Assembly (NCBI RefSeq): GCF_001194135.2
Contig: NC_068985.1
Span: forward strand, 71,653,000-71,716,999
Source: Octopus bimaculoides
Taxonomy: Eukaryota
Length of the DNA stretch: 64,000 nucleotides
Direction of reading: 5' to 3'
The position numbers and the translations under genes are program-made. Below the pieces are notes generated by a model that was given only the letters and a program-made list of their open reading frames with translations, did no database searches and had not been told where the DNA came from. Of the stretch, positions 50,678 to 63,252 are shown in pieces (position 1 is the first letter of the stretch; each line of letters opens with the position of its first letter).

Positions 50678-50939
50678 CTCACATAATACCATCTCAAGAG
50701 AACATTTTGGATGATGTGGCCCTTTGTTCATTGCATGTGGGAAAAGTGGTGGAATGGCTACAGCTGTATGTCTTTTATGATAGGGCTGCTCAATCAGAGC
50801 TGACTTGGAAGAAAATGNNNNNNNNNNCACTCAATAAACCAAAAAAAAAAAAAAAGAATAAAAAGGAATAAGGAAACTTCTGATTTGCTGTAGGTCACCA
50901 CTGATTAAACAACCTCTGTTCAAAGGCATTCTGCTCACT

Positions 50940-51127
50940 GTAGCAGTGAATACCTCAGGCGTTCTTGAACTGTAGAACAATAGTGCTCATCACTATTGGA
51001 GCAGAGATGGTTATCTGCAAGTGTGAGCCCTGGCTGTTCCATTGCAACTCTTTTGCCAGTCCTCTTTTGCATTTTGTCTGCTAGGACCATGAGGCCATCT
51101 GAATTACAGGAAATTGAGAGAATGTAA
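50940..51127 (+). mobile_element. Second RLE/CRE-like 3' end relic
   Basis: ttttgtctgctaggaccatgaggccatctgaattacaggaaattgagagaatgtaag aligns with the reverse complement of 16261-16320; VAVNTSGVL...FCILSARTMRPSELQEIERM*. Confidence 0.7.
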
Positions 51128-52304
51128 GAATTTCATAGCTTAGCTACATGAACAATAAACTTCTAGCCAAGACCATGCAGTTTTTTATTAGCAAATCTTT
51201 ATCTTAAAACATGGGAATGTTAGCTGAGGGAATGTAGCTGCTATTTCTAGCCAGCTGAGTAACCATGTAGAGGCTTCTTTGTTTAAAGGAAAAGGAACTA
51301 GTGGATGTGATGGGTAGCTGAGGAAAACTATATTTATATGTAATGAACTATTTCATTTTCAGGGTTAACTAGCAAGTCTAGAAACCTATTTCTGTATAGT
51401 TATGTATAATTTGTCTGTAGGTTTGTTCGTATGTATGCTTATATGTGTATGTTATTTGTGTGTGAGCATGCACATATGTGTATGTGTGTACATGTGTCTA
51501 TGTAGGTGAATTTGTATTACATTTGCAGAACTGTGGTGACTTTAAACCCGTTGCTGTATGTATGTATGTATGTATGTATGTGTGTGTGTATAATTCTTTC
51601 TGTGATGGTTATATATGTATGTTTTTCATGTGTGTAAACGTTTGTATACATGCGTGTATTTATCTGTATGTGTGTGAATATTTATTTGTCTGCTTGTGTG
51701 TGTTTGTATGTAGATGAATTGCATTGGCAGAGCTAACTGAGGGGAGTTCAGATGGAGACCCATTGATTGGATGTGTGTGTGTGTGTGCATGCGCGCGTTT
51801 GTCTCTTTGGAAGTAATGGGTGGGTGGGGATAGGGTGTAGTGTTCATATGTAACAGAAGAGGGAGTGGGGTAACATCTTATCCTGCTTCCTACCATAAGG
51901 GTTGTTTATAAGAGAAATGACATATAAAAAAAAATTAGATAATGAATAAGAAGCTAAAAAAATATAAAACTATTGAGATTCCACCACCACCACCACCACT
52001 CGCTCCGTCTTCATTGAGATTATTTGGTATTGTTCTTTATTATTGTTGTTGTTTATGTTGTTTTGTTGCTAATGTTGCGAATACATTCAGCAGTTTTGCG
52101 ATTGTCATTCTTATAACAGTCATCATCATCATCATTGCCATCCTACTACTGTTTTTAGGGGAAAAAGAAGAAGCAGACTCCTTTTTTTCCTTTCATGACT
52201 GACACCATCTCCAACATCACCTGAGATAACAAGGTAACTTCTCTGAGATTGCTTAACTTCATAGAAATAGCAGCCAAATCTCTCTCAAGTCACTCACTTC
52301 TACC

Positions 52305-52508
52305 TTAATGTTTTAGCATTCAGATTACTCTTATTGTTTTAAATTAATCAAGCATTATCTTTTAATTTTGAGATTTTGATGATGTGATTGTTTATTTTTA
52401 GACTAAACATTGCAGGGTAGGTGTAAGAAGCCAGATCCAGCTAATTTGAGCATGAAACAAATAGATTGTTTGGGCCTCATATGGTCAGTTTAAATGCTAA
52501 AGGTTTAA
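52305..52508 (+). mobile_element. piggyBac-type MITE family 1 inserted at a TTAA inside family C
   Basis: TTAA at 52305-52308 and 52505-52508. Family C on the left (tagaaatagcagccaaatctc) and right (gatggtgatgaccagaatgcc...gatcagggcttacctg). Confidence 0.85.
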
Positions 52509-53006
52509 AGGGTAGTGTGGTCTTGGGTTCATTGCACATAGGAAAAAGTTGAGATGGTGATGACCAGAATGCCCTACTCGATCAGGGCTTACCTGCAGGG
52601 CTAAATAATGAGTATTGCAACCATTGCTATCATCACTGAGTTTATGAGTTGTTAGATAAAGCAGCCAAATCTCCTAAAGTCCTAAATATTCCCACAAAGG
52701 CTGGATGGTCATGGTTGAAATGTCTTTGATCATAAATAAGCTCAGTTTAATCAGTTGTCCTGGAGCTAAACAACATCATCACCACCCTACCAGCAAATAC
52801 CTTATTGATATTAGACATTAAGTGAAGGTAATGAGCTGGCAGAATTATTTGCACTGAGGACAAAATGCTTGGCAGCATTTCGTCCGTCTTGTTCAAATGA
52901 TTCTGCCAATTCGCTTTCCTAATAAGGCATTTCGTCCAACATTCTTGGTGTCAATTATCCTACATTACATACCATAATGACTTACTACCACACACTACTT
53001 AATGTT

Positions 53007-53223
53007 TAATATTGGTTTCAAATTTTTGGCTCAAGGCCAGCAATTTTGCGGGAGAGATTAAGTCAATTACATCGACCACAGTGTTCACCTGGTTTTAGTT
53101 TTATTGACCCTCAAAGGATAAAAGGCAAAGTCAACCTCGGCAAAATTTAAACTTAGAACCTAAAGACGGATGAAATGCTTCTAAGCATTTTGCACAACAT
53201 GCTAATGATTCTCCTAGCTCACT
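53007..53223 (-). mobile_element. SINE family B, full-length (inverted relative to the B head at about 52830-52900)
   Basis: ttttattgaccctcaaaggataaaaggcaaagtcaacctcggcaaaatttaaacttagaac is the reverse complement of the B core. Confidence 0.85.
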
Positions 53224-54331
53224 ACCTTCTATCTCTGACTACTTTATCAAACATACTCTGTTCTTTATTAAGATGGATGGGTGTGATTGTAGGGAGATTT
53301 GACTATCAATTTTACCATGTCAAACTAAAGGTTTCTTTCAAAGGCTCATTTGGTTTTTCTCATTGGCTTAATTATGTTAATTCACTGGCTTTAGTATTTG
53401 AAAGCTAAGAAAACAAATTTAGTGCCAGACATCAGCCAAAATTACATGTTCATTTTCAACTGCTAGATATCCTGTAACTTAACAGTGCTGTAAGAACTAT
53501 AATTATGAATCTTCTAATTTTAATTATTTCTTCATCTTGATTAACTTCCAGACAAGTAGAGGGTATCATGTGACACGATCACATGACTGAACTATCTAAC
53601 TTCATTCCTATGGTGCCATTTTGTCTCTGAAGTGGATTTTGGAACAAGTACTCATTAGCCCATACTCTGGCTTATATACACTCTGACCATGATGTGTACA
53701 TATATAAAAACCATGATGACAATATGTGTATTTGTGTTTGTATAACATGTGGATATGTATCTGTACACATGTATGTGTGTGTACATGTATATATGTATTT
53801 GTCAGTATGAATGTATGAGTGATTTATGTTGCATGTGTGCTTGCTTCTTTCTGTCACATGATGTTGAGAGAGAGAAACACAGGATACACAAATACACACA
53901 CACACACACACGTGCACACACACACATGCACACACACACACATGTGTGTGTGTATATACATACAAAGAAAAGTATGTAATGACCACTATTTTTAACTTTT
54001 TATACATATATATATATCGTGAAGTATATTTGCCACCTAAATGTGGCTGACCCATTTGGGATGATACTGTAGTTTATAGCCCCAAGAGGATATCTCCTCC
54101 TGCTGGCTACCGACACACTTTCTGTATACATATATATATATTGCCACACACATACATATATATAGAACCACACACACACATATATATACATATGTAGGAA
54201 AAAAGAAGTTGAAAATGCACTGAGAATAGTTAAAATAGTTTTTATTAATATATTTAAAGCTTTAACCGGTTTCACAATTTACACTGATTTTCAAAGAGTT
54301 CAAATAGAAATACGTGGCTTATGTTGCAACT

Positions 54332-55338
54332 GTCTTGTTTCTGACTAGTAGGGAGTTCATGGCTCAAATTAGTATGTTTTGAATAGGATTGTATGTTGTA
54401 ATAAAGGCTAGAGTTTTGGATGTATCTGGACCGTTTTTCATAGTTCTTCGATATTTGTTGCTTTAGCACGTTCTATTCCATTGTCTTTTGTGTAGTACGT
54501 GTTTTAGTTCTTGGAGTCTTTTATTGCGAGTTTCAGAGTTTGAGACAATTGTGCAGATTCTTCTTGCTAGATGAAAGGGAATATTATTCTTTGTGTGTTT
54601 GGGATGGCATGAGGAGAACAGTAAGTGTTGTTTAGAATCTGTTTGTAGTGAATATCTGTTTCAATGTTTTTATCTCTTTTGATGATTAGTATATCCAGGA
54701 ACACTAGTTGAGTTTTATTATATTCCATGGTAAAGTTGATATTATCGTTTATGCTGTTGATTAGACTTTTGAAATGTATAAGTTCTTCAAATTTGTCTGG
54801 CCATCCCACTACTAAAACAAGACTCAAGAATGAAACAAGCTTTCGAAATACACAAAATAATCAGGAGTAAAAGACAAAGTCCCTCAAAAAATTCCTCACA
54901 AGTGCTAAATTACCTTCCACAACTCCTACACTGACAGTCAAAAAGTGTGGCTGCCCCAATTGCAGGACTTGCATCAATCTCATTGAAGACACAACATATA
55001 AATTCAAATCAGGACAGATTTTTACCATAAAAAATCACTTTACATGTTCTTCAAGGAATTTAATATATGTTATCAAATAGCAAGGTTGTAATGAAGATTG
55101 CATAGGTCAAATTAAGCTTACTCTAAGAAATAGACTGACCATTCACCGACAACAAATACAAGACCTCAGTACTAGACAAATTCCACTGAGTGGACACATA
55201 GACAAATGTGCAAAAAATAAGTCCCCCAAGTTCCAGGTCTTCCCAATCTACCTATCTTCAGCGAATGCCACAGATGAAACACAGATAAACAAAGAAAATA
55301 CTTTCATACAAAAGTACAAATGAAGACTTAAACTTTAA
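54332..55338. mobile_element. Penelope-like retroelement relic with inverted 5' segment (RT/thumb on minus, GIY-YIG on plus)
   Basis: Minus 54803->54332: WPDKFEELIHFKSLINSINDNINFTMEY..QLVFLDILI...TDSKQHLLFSSCHPKHTKNNIPFHLARRICTIVS...TLAFITTYNP...NSLL. Plus 54806->55338: PLLKQDSRMKQAFEIHKIIRSKRQ/LKKFLTSAK...VKKCGCPNCRTC...FTCSSRNLIYVIK*QGCNEDCIGQ...LRNRLTIHRQQI. Confidence 0.9.
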
Positions 55339-55881
55339 TAGAGCACATACGCAAATTGCCATTNNNNNNNNNNNNNNNNNNNNNNNNNNNNNNNNNNNNN
55401 NNNNNNNNNNNNNNNNNNNNNNNNNNNNNNNNNNNNNNNNNNNNNNNNNNNNNNNNNNNNNNNNNNNNNNNNNNNNNNNNNNNNNNNNNNNNNNNNNNNN
55501 NNNNNNNNNNNNNNNNNNNNNNNNNNNNNNNNNNNNNNNNNNNNNNNNNNNNNNNNNNNNNNNNNNNNNNNNNNNNNNNNNNNNNNNNNNNNNNNNNNNN
55601 NNNNNNNNNNNNNNNNNNNNNNNNNNNNNNNNNNNNNNNNNNNNNNNNNNNNNNNNNNNNNNNNNNNNNNNNNNNNNNNNNNNNNNNNNNNNNNNNNNNN
55701 NNNNNNNNNNNNNNNNNNNNNNNNNNNNNNNNNNNNNNNNNNNNNNNNNNNNNNNNNNNNNNNNNNNNNNNNNNNNNNNNNNNNNNNNNNNNNNNNNNNN
55801 NNNNNNNNNNNNNNNNNNNNNNNNNNNNNNNNNNNNNNNNNNNNNNNNNNNNNNNNNNNNNNNNNNNNNNNNNNNNNNNNN

Positions 55882-55917
<36 letters not shown>

Positions 55918-56745
55918 TCATACACACACGTGCAAAGGTATATGACACAAACATGCATAAAGCTTTGTGTGTATGTGTGGGCATATGTATGTGTGTGTGT
56001 GTGTTTTGTCTCTGTCTTAAACATCTAGTGAAGATAAGGAGACACTAATGCTCTGACAGATATATTTACATATATATCTACATGCAACTACTACTATACA
56101 TGTGTACATATTTATGTACTTGTGTTTACTCAAGATAACTTGAAATAGGATTATTTTTGTAAGAAATTACGCCATGCTAAATATTATAACAGATATTTAA
56201 AAAGAAGCCTGAAGTGTAACTCCTGCCTTTGATGTAATAGATTTTTTTTTTTTCATTTCTACGTGTGTATATCAGAATTTGTATGTGAGTGCCTAAGATG
56301 CTGGAGTGGCTGCTTGGTTACAAAATATGCTCCTCAACCTCATGGTTCTAGCTATGATCCTACTGTGCATCACCTTCAGCGTGTCTTTTACAATAACTTC
56401 CAAATTTTGACCAAGAAATTGTGAGTAGAATTCAATAGAAACTTCTCAACAGTGAATTGTATACCTTCATATCTTTTATCTTTTTACTTGTTTTAGTCAC
56501 TAGACTGTGGCCATGCTGACTAAAAATTCAAATGTGGTGTACCTTGAATTTTTAGTCGAATTAATCGACCCCCCCCCCCCCAGTAGTTATTCTATCAGTC
56601 TTTTTAGCCAAACTGCTAAGTTGCAAGTACATAAACACACCAATACCAGTTGTCAAGTGGTGGTGGTGGGGAACAAACACAGGCACAAAGACAGACCTAG
56701 GAAGACTGAAGCAAGTTCCATTCTCATAGGATTTGACTTCAGAGT

Positions 56746-56975
56746 TTAACCCTTTCATTACCATATCCATTTAAAATACATGGCCTTTGTTTCAATTAAT
56801 TTTAGGACAATGAAAAATTTAGTAAAATAACATGATCATTATTAAACTAGATTTTGGAACACAAATTAACATGAAATTTTAATGAAAGGTTTTAATTTAC
56901 ATCACTTTAAAACAGTAAGTTGGTATGAAAGAGGCAGGTGCGATCTGAGGTGGGTTGGTATTTTAAAAGGGCTAA
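56746..56975. mobile_element. piggyBac-type MITE family 2
   Basis: TTAAccctttcattacca...tggtattttaaaagggctaa: CCCTTT-type inverted ends with TTAA/CTAA flanks. A related fragment lies near 60070-60150. Confidence 0.7.
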
Positions 56976-58596
56976 ATTGATGAAAATGTTTAATGAGTGT
57001 AATTTTCTCTGATATTCTGCTAACTTATCCAATGTACAGTCTTTCTGAGCAGAAAATTTTGAGCATCATTATCCCATCATATGCAATGCAGTGTAGTCTT
57101 TGTACTGGCTTTCTACACTCTAAGTTCAAATTCCACTGGAGTCAGTTTTATATTTTATGCTTTCAGAATAAGTAAAATTTGAGTTCAGGATAGTGAAATT
57201 GTTAAAGCATTGGCTATGATGCTTTATCTGTTCTAACTGTTGGCTTTCTTTTGTGTAGATGTCAGTTGCCAAAAGTTATTATCTAACCATTTATATACTC
57301 CATCCAACCTAAATTTGACCAGATTGGATAGTTAAGTCTTGCAACTAGCATAGATAAGCCAGCAACATTATGCTGAGGTTTTTATCCACTAGTAGAGAGA
57401 TTCTAGCTAAATGCAAGCAGATGATATTAATTGCCTGAAAATTTATAATCTTAGAGGTGGGGGAGAAAAAAAAAGGAAAGGAAAGAATAAAAATCATAGG
57501 AAGGATATTTTCTGAAGTTCATTATACTGTTTTGTGAGGCATAGACTGATTGCTAAAGCAAAAGAATTGATGCTGTGTAGAATATTATCAATTTTAAATT
57601 GAATTTGTTTTCAAAGTAGTCACATACAGAGATCTGTCTAATATGCCACTTATGTTGCACTATGGATGGATGAACATCAAATATATCACTTTAACCAATC
57701 TAAGAGAATCAACTAAGGTCATTGGCATCCCTACTTCTTCCTCCTTACCAAATGATATTAAAGAGAGAAAGAAAAGATGTATATTCTCAAGAACCCTTTC
57801 AATATTTCATAGAAAGTATACTCTTTTAACAAACTTATTAAAGTACACAGTTGCTATCTCAACTAATTTACTGTAGTTTATTATCAAAATGTTCAACATA
57901 CATATTTATATAATAAACATACTAAATACAAAGTTCTTTATTATCATCACCATCATCATCATTATTATTATTATTATTTAATTTACTGCAAAATTTATTA
58001 TCAGTTTGATTAACATGTTTATATGATATCTCGGGTAACTGGTGTTGCTCTAGTACCTATATGGAGAGGTAGTTTTGTTAAAGTAAACAGCTTATTATGA
58101 GATTTTTGTTTAGTTGCTTTTGTATATGATTAAATTTGCATATGTGTACAAACATACACATGTACATATATATANNNNNNNNNNNNNNNNNNNNNNNNNN
58201 NNNNNNNNNNNNNNNNNNNNNNNNNNNNNNNNNNNNNNNNNNNNNNNNNNNNNNNNNNNNNNNNNNNNNNNNNNNNNNNNNNNNNNNNNNNNNNNNNNNN
58301 NNNNNNNNNNNNNNNNNNNNNNNNNNNNNNNNNAAACTTGGTTAAGGTTTTCTCTCTACAGATATTCTATAGAAATTATTACCAGCACTGATTTTTGCGA
58401 CTACGTTTGGTATACGAGACATCAGATATAAACAAACAATGAGATTGAAGATGAAAAATGTGTAATGGCACATGTGCCATATTTCGGAGGTTTTTGCTCC
58501 TTCATTGGCACCCATCTAACCCCTTAATCATCCTCAAATACATTGCTTAGATGCACAGTATTGACTTCTTAAAATGTTTAATATACTTTATTATCA

Positions 58597-58712
58597 CAGA
58601 TTGGAGCCTGGTGTAGCCATCTGGTTTCACCAGTCCTCGGTCAAATCGCCCAACCCATGCTAACATGGAAAGCGGACGTTAAACGATGATGATGATGATG
58701 ATGATGATGATC
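58597..58712 (+). mobile_element. Short RTE-type tail with long (GAT)n; CpGs retained
   Basis: cagattggagcctggtgtagccatctgg...ccatgctaacatggaaagcggacgttaaac followed by a (GAT)n run of about 9 units. Confidence 0.9.
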
Positions 58713-58880
58713 ATGGTTGCATAACAAAATAGGAAGTTAAATATTTTTAAATGAGTAATCTTAATAGTGTTCTAGTATATACTATACTTAACCATCTCAG
58801 AAAGCTGAATGAGAATGTGTGGGTGTATAAGAAAGAGAGGAGATGGCAAGTAAGAGACTTATAGATAGAAAGTGAAAGCT

Positions 58881-58924
<44 letters not shown>

Positions 58925-59107
58925 TAAAGTAGATTAGAGACCATTTGACATCATAAACTGATGGTTCTGTATACTTCACACTGATACAAACTATAGCTAT
59001 TCTATTACAATTACAAGTCTTCCGACATAAGTCTTTTTTATTTCCCTGTTTTACCCTGTGGAAACCTTGGACTTAGAAATTTTTATAATGTAATATTCTG
59101 GGATGAG

Positions 59108-59325
59108 ATGGCAGTGAGATGGCAGAAATATTAGCACACTGGGCGAATTGCTTAGCAGTATTTCATCTGTCTTTATGTTCTGAGTTCAAATTCCACGAAG
59201 GTTGACTTTGCCTTTCATCCTTCTGGGGTTGATAAATTAAGTACCAGTTGCATACTGGCGTCGATCTAATCAACTGCTCCCCACTCCCCCAAAATTTCAG
59301 GCCTTGTGTCTAGAGTAGAAAAGTT
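59108..59325 (+). mobile_element. SINE family B, full-length, perfect 14-bp TSD
   Basis: TSD tattctgggatgag at 59094-59107 and 59326-59339. Box A-like tggcagaaat..tagc and box B gagttcaaattcc. Confidence 0.92.
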
Positions 59326-60702
59326 TATTCTGGGATGAGTTTCCATTTGTATGAAAATTTTGGTGTAGTTTTGTTGAAAATTCAGCATTGTTTGAAGTGT
59401 GTGTGTGTGTTTACTTGTGGACACATAATGTTTTCTGTTGATAAATAAATATCAATAAAATAAGTATCAGATGGAAATAAATAACCTGGGTTTATATGAT
59501 TGAATACAATCCTTGAAAACAGTGCCCCAGCTTGGCCAAAGACCATTCACTGAAACAAAAAAAGAAGGGACTAACACTGAATAACACAAAATAAAAAATA
59601 TAAAGAAGTCCTGGAAAGATTAGATAGGAAAATGAAAACACACTGCATTTATGACATTTTGTGTGTTCATATAATAATAATAATTATTATGATGATGATG
59701 ATGATGTTGTTGAGGTTGTTTGGGGAGTTTTATTTTTTTGTTAACTTTCAGAATTTTAAAATGTATTTCATAAAACTTGTTTACATCGTATCAATTCATC
59801 AAAATACTCTCAAGTCAGCAGTAATTTTAGCTTTCTATGGTTTTAAATTTTTGCTTTTCAAGATTTTATAAGTTTGAATCATAAAATTATATGAATTTTT
59901 TGATCAATAATTTAAAAATTACTCTATAACTTAAATAAATAAAAACTAAATTTGTTTACGACTAATATGAACATTAACATCACTGTAAACATTTTTCATG
60001 ACCATATTTCTAACAAGAATACACTGTTTATGTGTTTAAATTATTATTTTTTTTTTATAATGAAGAATTTGGATTTTAGTAAAATAACTTTTTTGTCTTT
60101 TTCTTCATATTTATTGGTAAATTAAACTAGCATTTTGGAACACAACTTAACAAAGGATAACTGTTTACCTGCTGAAATCCTGTGTTATTATTATTCATGT
60201 AATAATAAAATCGTTATTGATTTTTAAAAAAACATTCAAATAACATTTTAGATGAATTGGTAACGTGACGCTTGAGCAGTCTTGGGCAAGCAGTTTTACT
60301 AGAGAGCTATTTATTGAGATAGAAACTAGAATCAAAATTTATCCAGCGAAACAAAAATTCAGCAGCACTATGGTTTAACTTGTTTTAGCTACAATACCAT
60401 CAAAATGTTCCTTTTTTAAAAAAACCCTTTGGTGATCATATTATAATGAAATATACTGCCAGTGTGGAAAACAACTGAAGGGCCATTGTCCCTCCTAAAG
60501 TAGGGTTAGGCTTATTAACCTCATTATAGTCTAATTGTCTACGATGGCATTTTTGAAGTAGTGTTTTGTGATTGACTACTTTTCTCACTGTCAAGCCCTT
60601 TGGTGACCTTTTACTACACTGAAGGATATATCGTATCAGTTCTAGAAGTAAGGTTTCTCTTAATTTTGAAAATAATTAAGTATTTTGAATACTGATCTCA
60701 AC

Positions 60703-61022
60703 ACGCTGACCCTTACAAAGGAGGTGGCAGAAGACCGAGATATGCGGTGTATTGCTGTACTCAAGGAAATGCACACACTACAACAGAAATGAGATCTTAA
60801 AACCAAGGTGCCACATAAAAAGCATTGGTATGGGTGTGGGTGCCACATAAAAAAACACCCAGTACAGTGATTGTAAAGTGATTGGTGTTAGGAAGGGCAT
60901 CCAGCCATAAAAACCAAGCCAAAACAGACTTTGGAATCTGGTGTGGCCCCTGGCTTTGTCAGTTCCTGTCAAGCTGTCCAACCCATGCCAGCATGGAAAA
61001 CATACTAAATAATGATGATGAT
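60703..61022 (+). mobile_element. RTE LINE 3' end
   Basis: TLTLTKEVAEDRDMRCIAVLKE (RTE C-terminus), UTR repeats ggtgccacataaaaa twice, and tail ...ccatgccagcatggaaaac...aatgatgatgat. Confidence 0.85.
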
Positions 61023-63025
61023 TTGGAAATGTTTAGCACAATAACTTTGTCATTATTAACATTTCGTGACCATCTTTCTAATTATTAGACAATCTGTATG
61101 TTTCAATTAATATGAAATAAAGATTTTGAAAGAGGCCAATAAAAAACAAATCAATAATTTTATACATTGGGTTCTAAAAATGCTGGGGTTGACCAGAAGA
61201 AGTATGACAATATCATTCATGTTAGGAGGTTTTGATCAAGATATTAATTCATATCTGAAGAAATTTAGTGCCAGCTGCCTCAGTTGGTAGATTGGTTAGT
61301 ATTAAAAAAGGCTAAATTGGTTTACACATACACCCTTTGCAAAACATTCTGTTCTACATTGTTGTAGATCCCAACTCACATTACAGAATCAACTGTAAAT
61401 AGTGGTGTCCTAGCCAGGATGTGACTTAATTTGTATCATGTCGTGAAATCATAGCTGAAACATTTTTGTTACTCAAAAAGCAGGGTGCTTAAGTGTCATA
61501 CTGGGGTGGGGGTCATTGCCATGAGGTAATTTATTTCACTATTGCAAAAAATGGGAACACTGTAAGATTGATGAGTGTTTTGTTGATAACCAAGTCTACT
61601 CAGCTATAAATAGGCACTATGGGATGGGATAATTCTGTGGCAACCCTGTGGAATTGACGAATGTTTTGTTCACAGTTAAATAGAAATCTGCACTGTGGCA
61701 GGATATAATCTTAGCAGCAGCACTGTGGGATTAAGTCTTTGTTGGCTTCAAATGTAAAGATCAGTTTTCTCCCTTGAACTGGGTAAAGCTTATCTGGGGT
61801 AGACTAGCATCCTATGTATCCAAAATGAAATTTGCCCTCCTCCCACACTACTTATCACTACAGAACATGCAGATAGTCATTATTCACCCTATTTTGTTGC
61901 AACATTCTTTCCCTCCTTTCTGTGAATGTTTCCAATTTGAAAAAAAAAAAAAATTGAAAAAAAAAAGGGGCTAGCAAATCAAAATGAGGTATAATGGCTT
62001 CATTCCTACTTTCCATCACCCTCAAAATAGCACATTGCAAAAGGNNNNNNNNNNNNNNNNNNNNNNNNNNNNNNNNNNNNNNNNNNNNNNNNNNNNNNNN
62101 NNNNNNNNNNNNNNNNNNNNNNNNNNNNNNNNNNNNNNNNNNNNNNNNNNNNNNNNNNNNNNNNNNNNNNNNNNNNNNNNNNNNNNNNNNNNNNNNNNNN
62201 NNNNNNNNNNNNNNNNNNNNNNNNNNNNNNNNNNNNNNNNNNNNNNNNNNNNNNNNNNNNNNNNNNNNNNNNNNNNNNNNNNNNNNNNNNNNNNNNNNNN
62301 NNNNNNNNNNNNNNNNNNNNNNNNNNNNNNNNNNNNNNNNNNNNNNNNNNNNNNNNNNNNNNNNNNNNNNNNNNNNNNNNNNNNNNNNNNNNNNNNNNNN
62401 NNNNNNNNNNNNNNNNNNNNNNNNNNNNNNNNNNNNNNNNNNNNNNNNNNNNNNNNNNNNNNNNNNNNNNNNNNNNNNNNNNNNNNNNNNNNNNNNNNNN
62501 NNNNNNNNNNNNNNNNNNNNNNNNNNNNNNNNNNNNNNNNNNNNNNNNNNNNNNNNNNNNNNNNNNNNNNNNNNNNNNNNNNNNNNNNNNNNNNNNNNNN
62601 NNNNNNNNNNNNNNNNNNNNNCCTTAACTAAGCACCCAAGGGATACCTACTTAACTCCCTACCAGCCACAACCTAACTCAGTATGAAGGGATATGAAGAA
62701 AAGGAAAAAGGGTAGAGTATACCATGGGGTGGATGGATGTATGTATGCTTGTGATACATACATAGAATGGAAGAGGGAATGGTGATGGTGCATGCAGAAT
62801 TGGTCTCTTGCCTATTATTAAATGTCCCAATTACAATCACATCTACCCCTTCACAACTATAATACACCCAGGGATTCCCTCTTACTGCTACTACCCAAAT
62901 ACCCTGCACACATTAACATCGGCATTCCTCCAATCCCACTTGCATACTACCCACTCCATCCACCCCATTCCTAAATTTTACTATCAAAACTGCTTCCTTT
63001 CTGTTAACTTCCTTTGTATTCATGT

Positions 63026-63252
63026 TTAACCCCTCAGCATTCAGATTACTCTGTTAAATGTAATGCTTATTTCTTCACATTGTTTTGAATTATCATGCAT
63101 TATCTTATAATTTTGAGATTTCGATGTTGCAATTGTTTACTTTTACAGTAACATTATAGGATTAGTGTGAGAGGTTAGGCCGGGTCAGTTTGAACATAAA
63201 ACAAGTAGAATATTTTAGCTGGATATTGCTGGTTTAAATGTTAGAGGTTTCA
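63026..63252 (+). mobile_element. piggyBac-type MITE family 1, uninterrupted reference copy
   Basis: TTAAcccctcagcattcagattactctgttaaatgtaatgcttattt...ggtttaaatgttagaggtt. Confidence 0.85.

Noticed and set aside
656-62686. Long ORFs containing X runs (for example 685-1587, 12862-13416, 37659-38390, 46817-47413, 55258-56048, 61984-62686)
   Set aside because: They are open only because N-gaps and (TA)/(CA) repeats lack stop codons; they are not genes.
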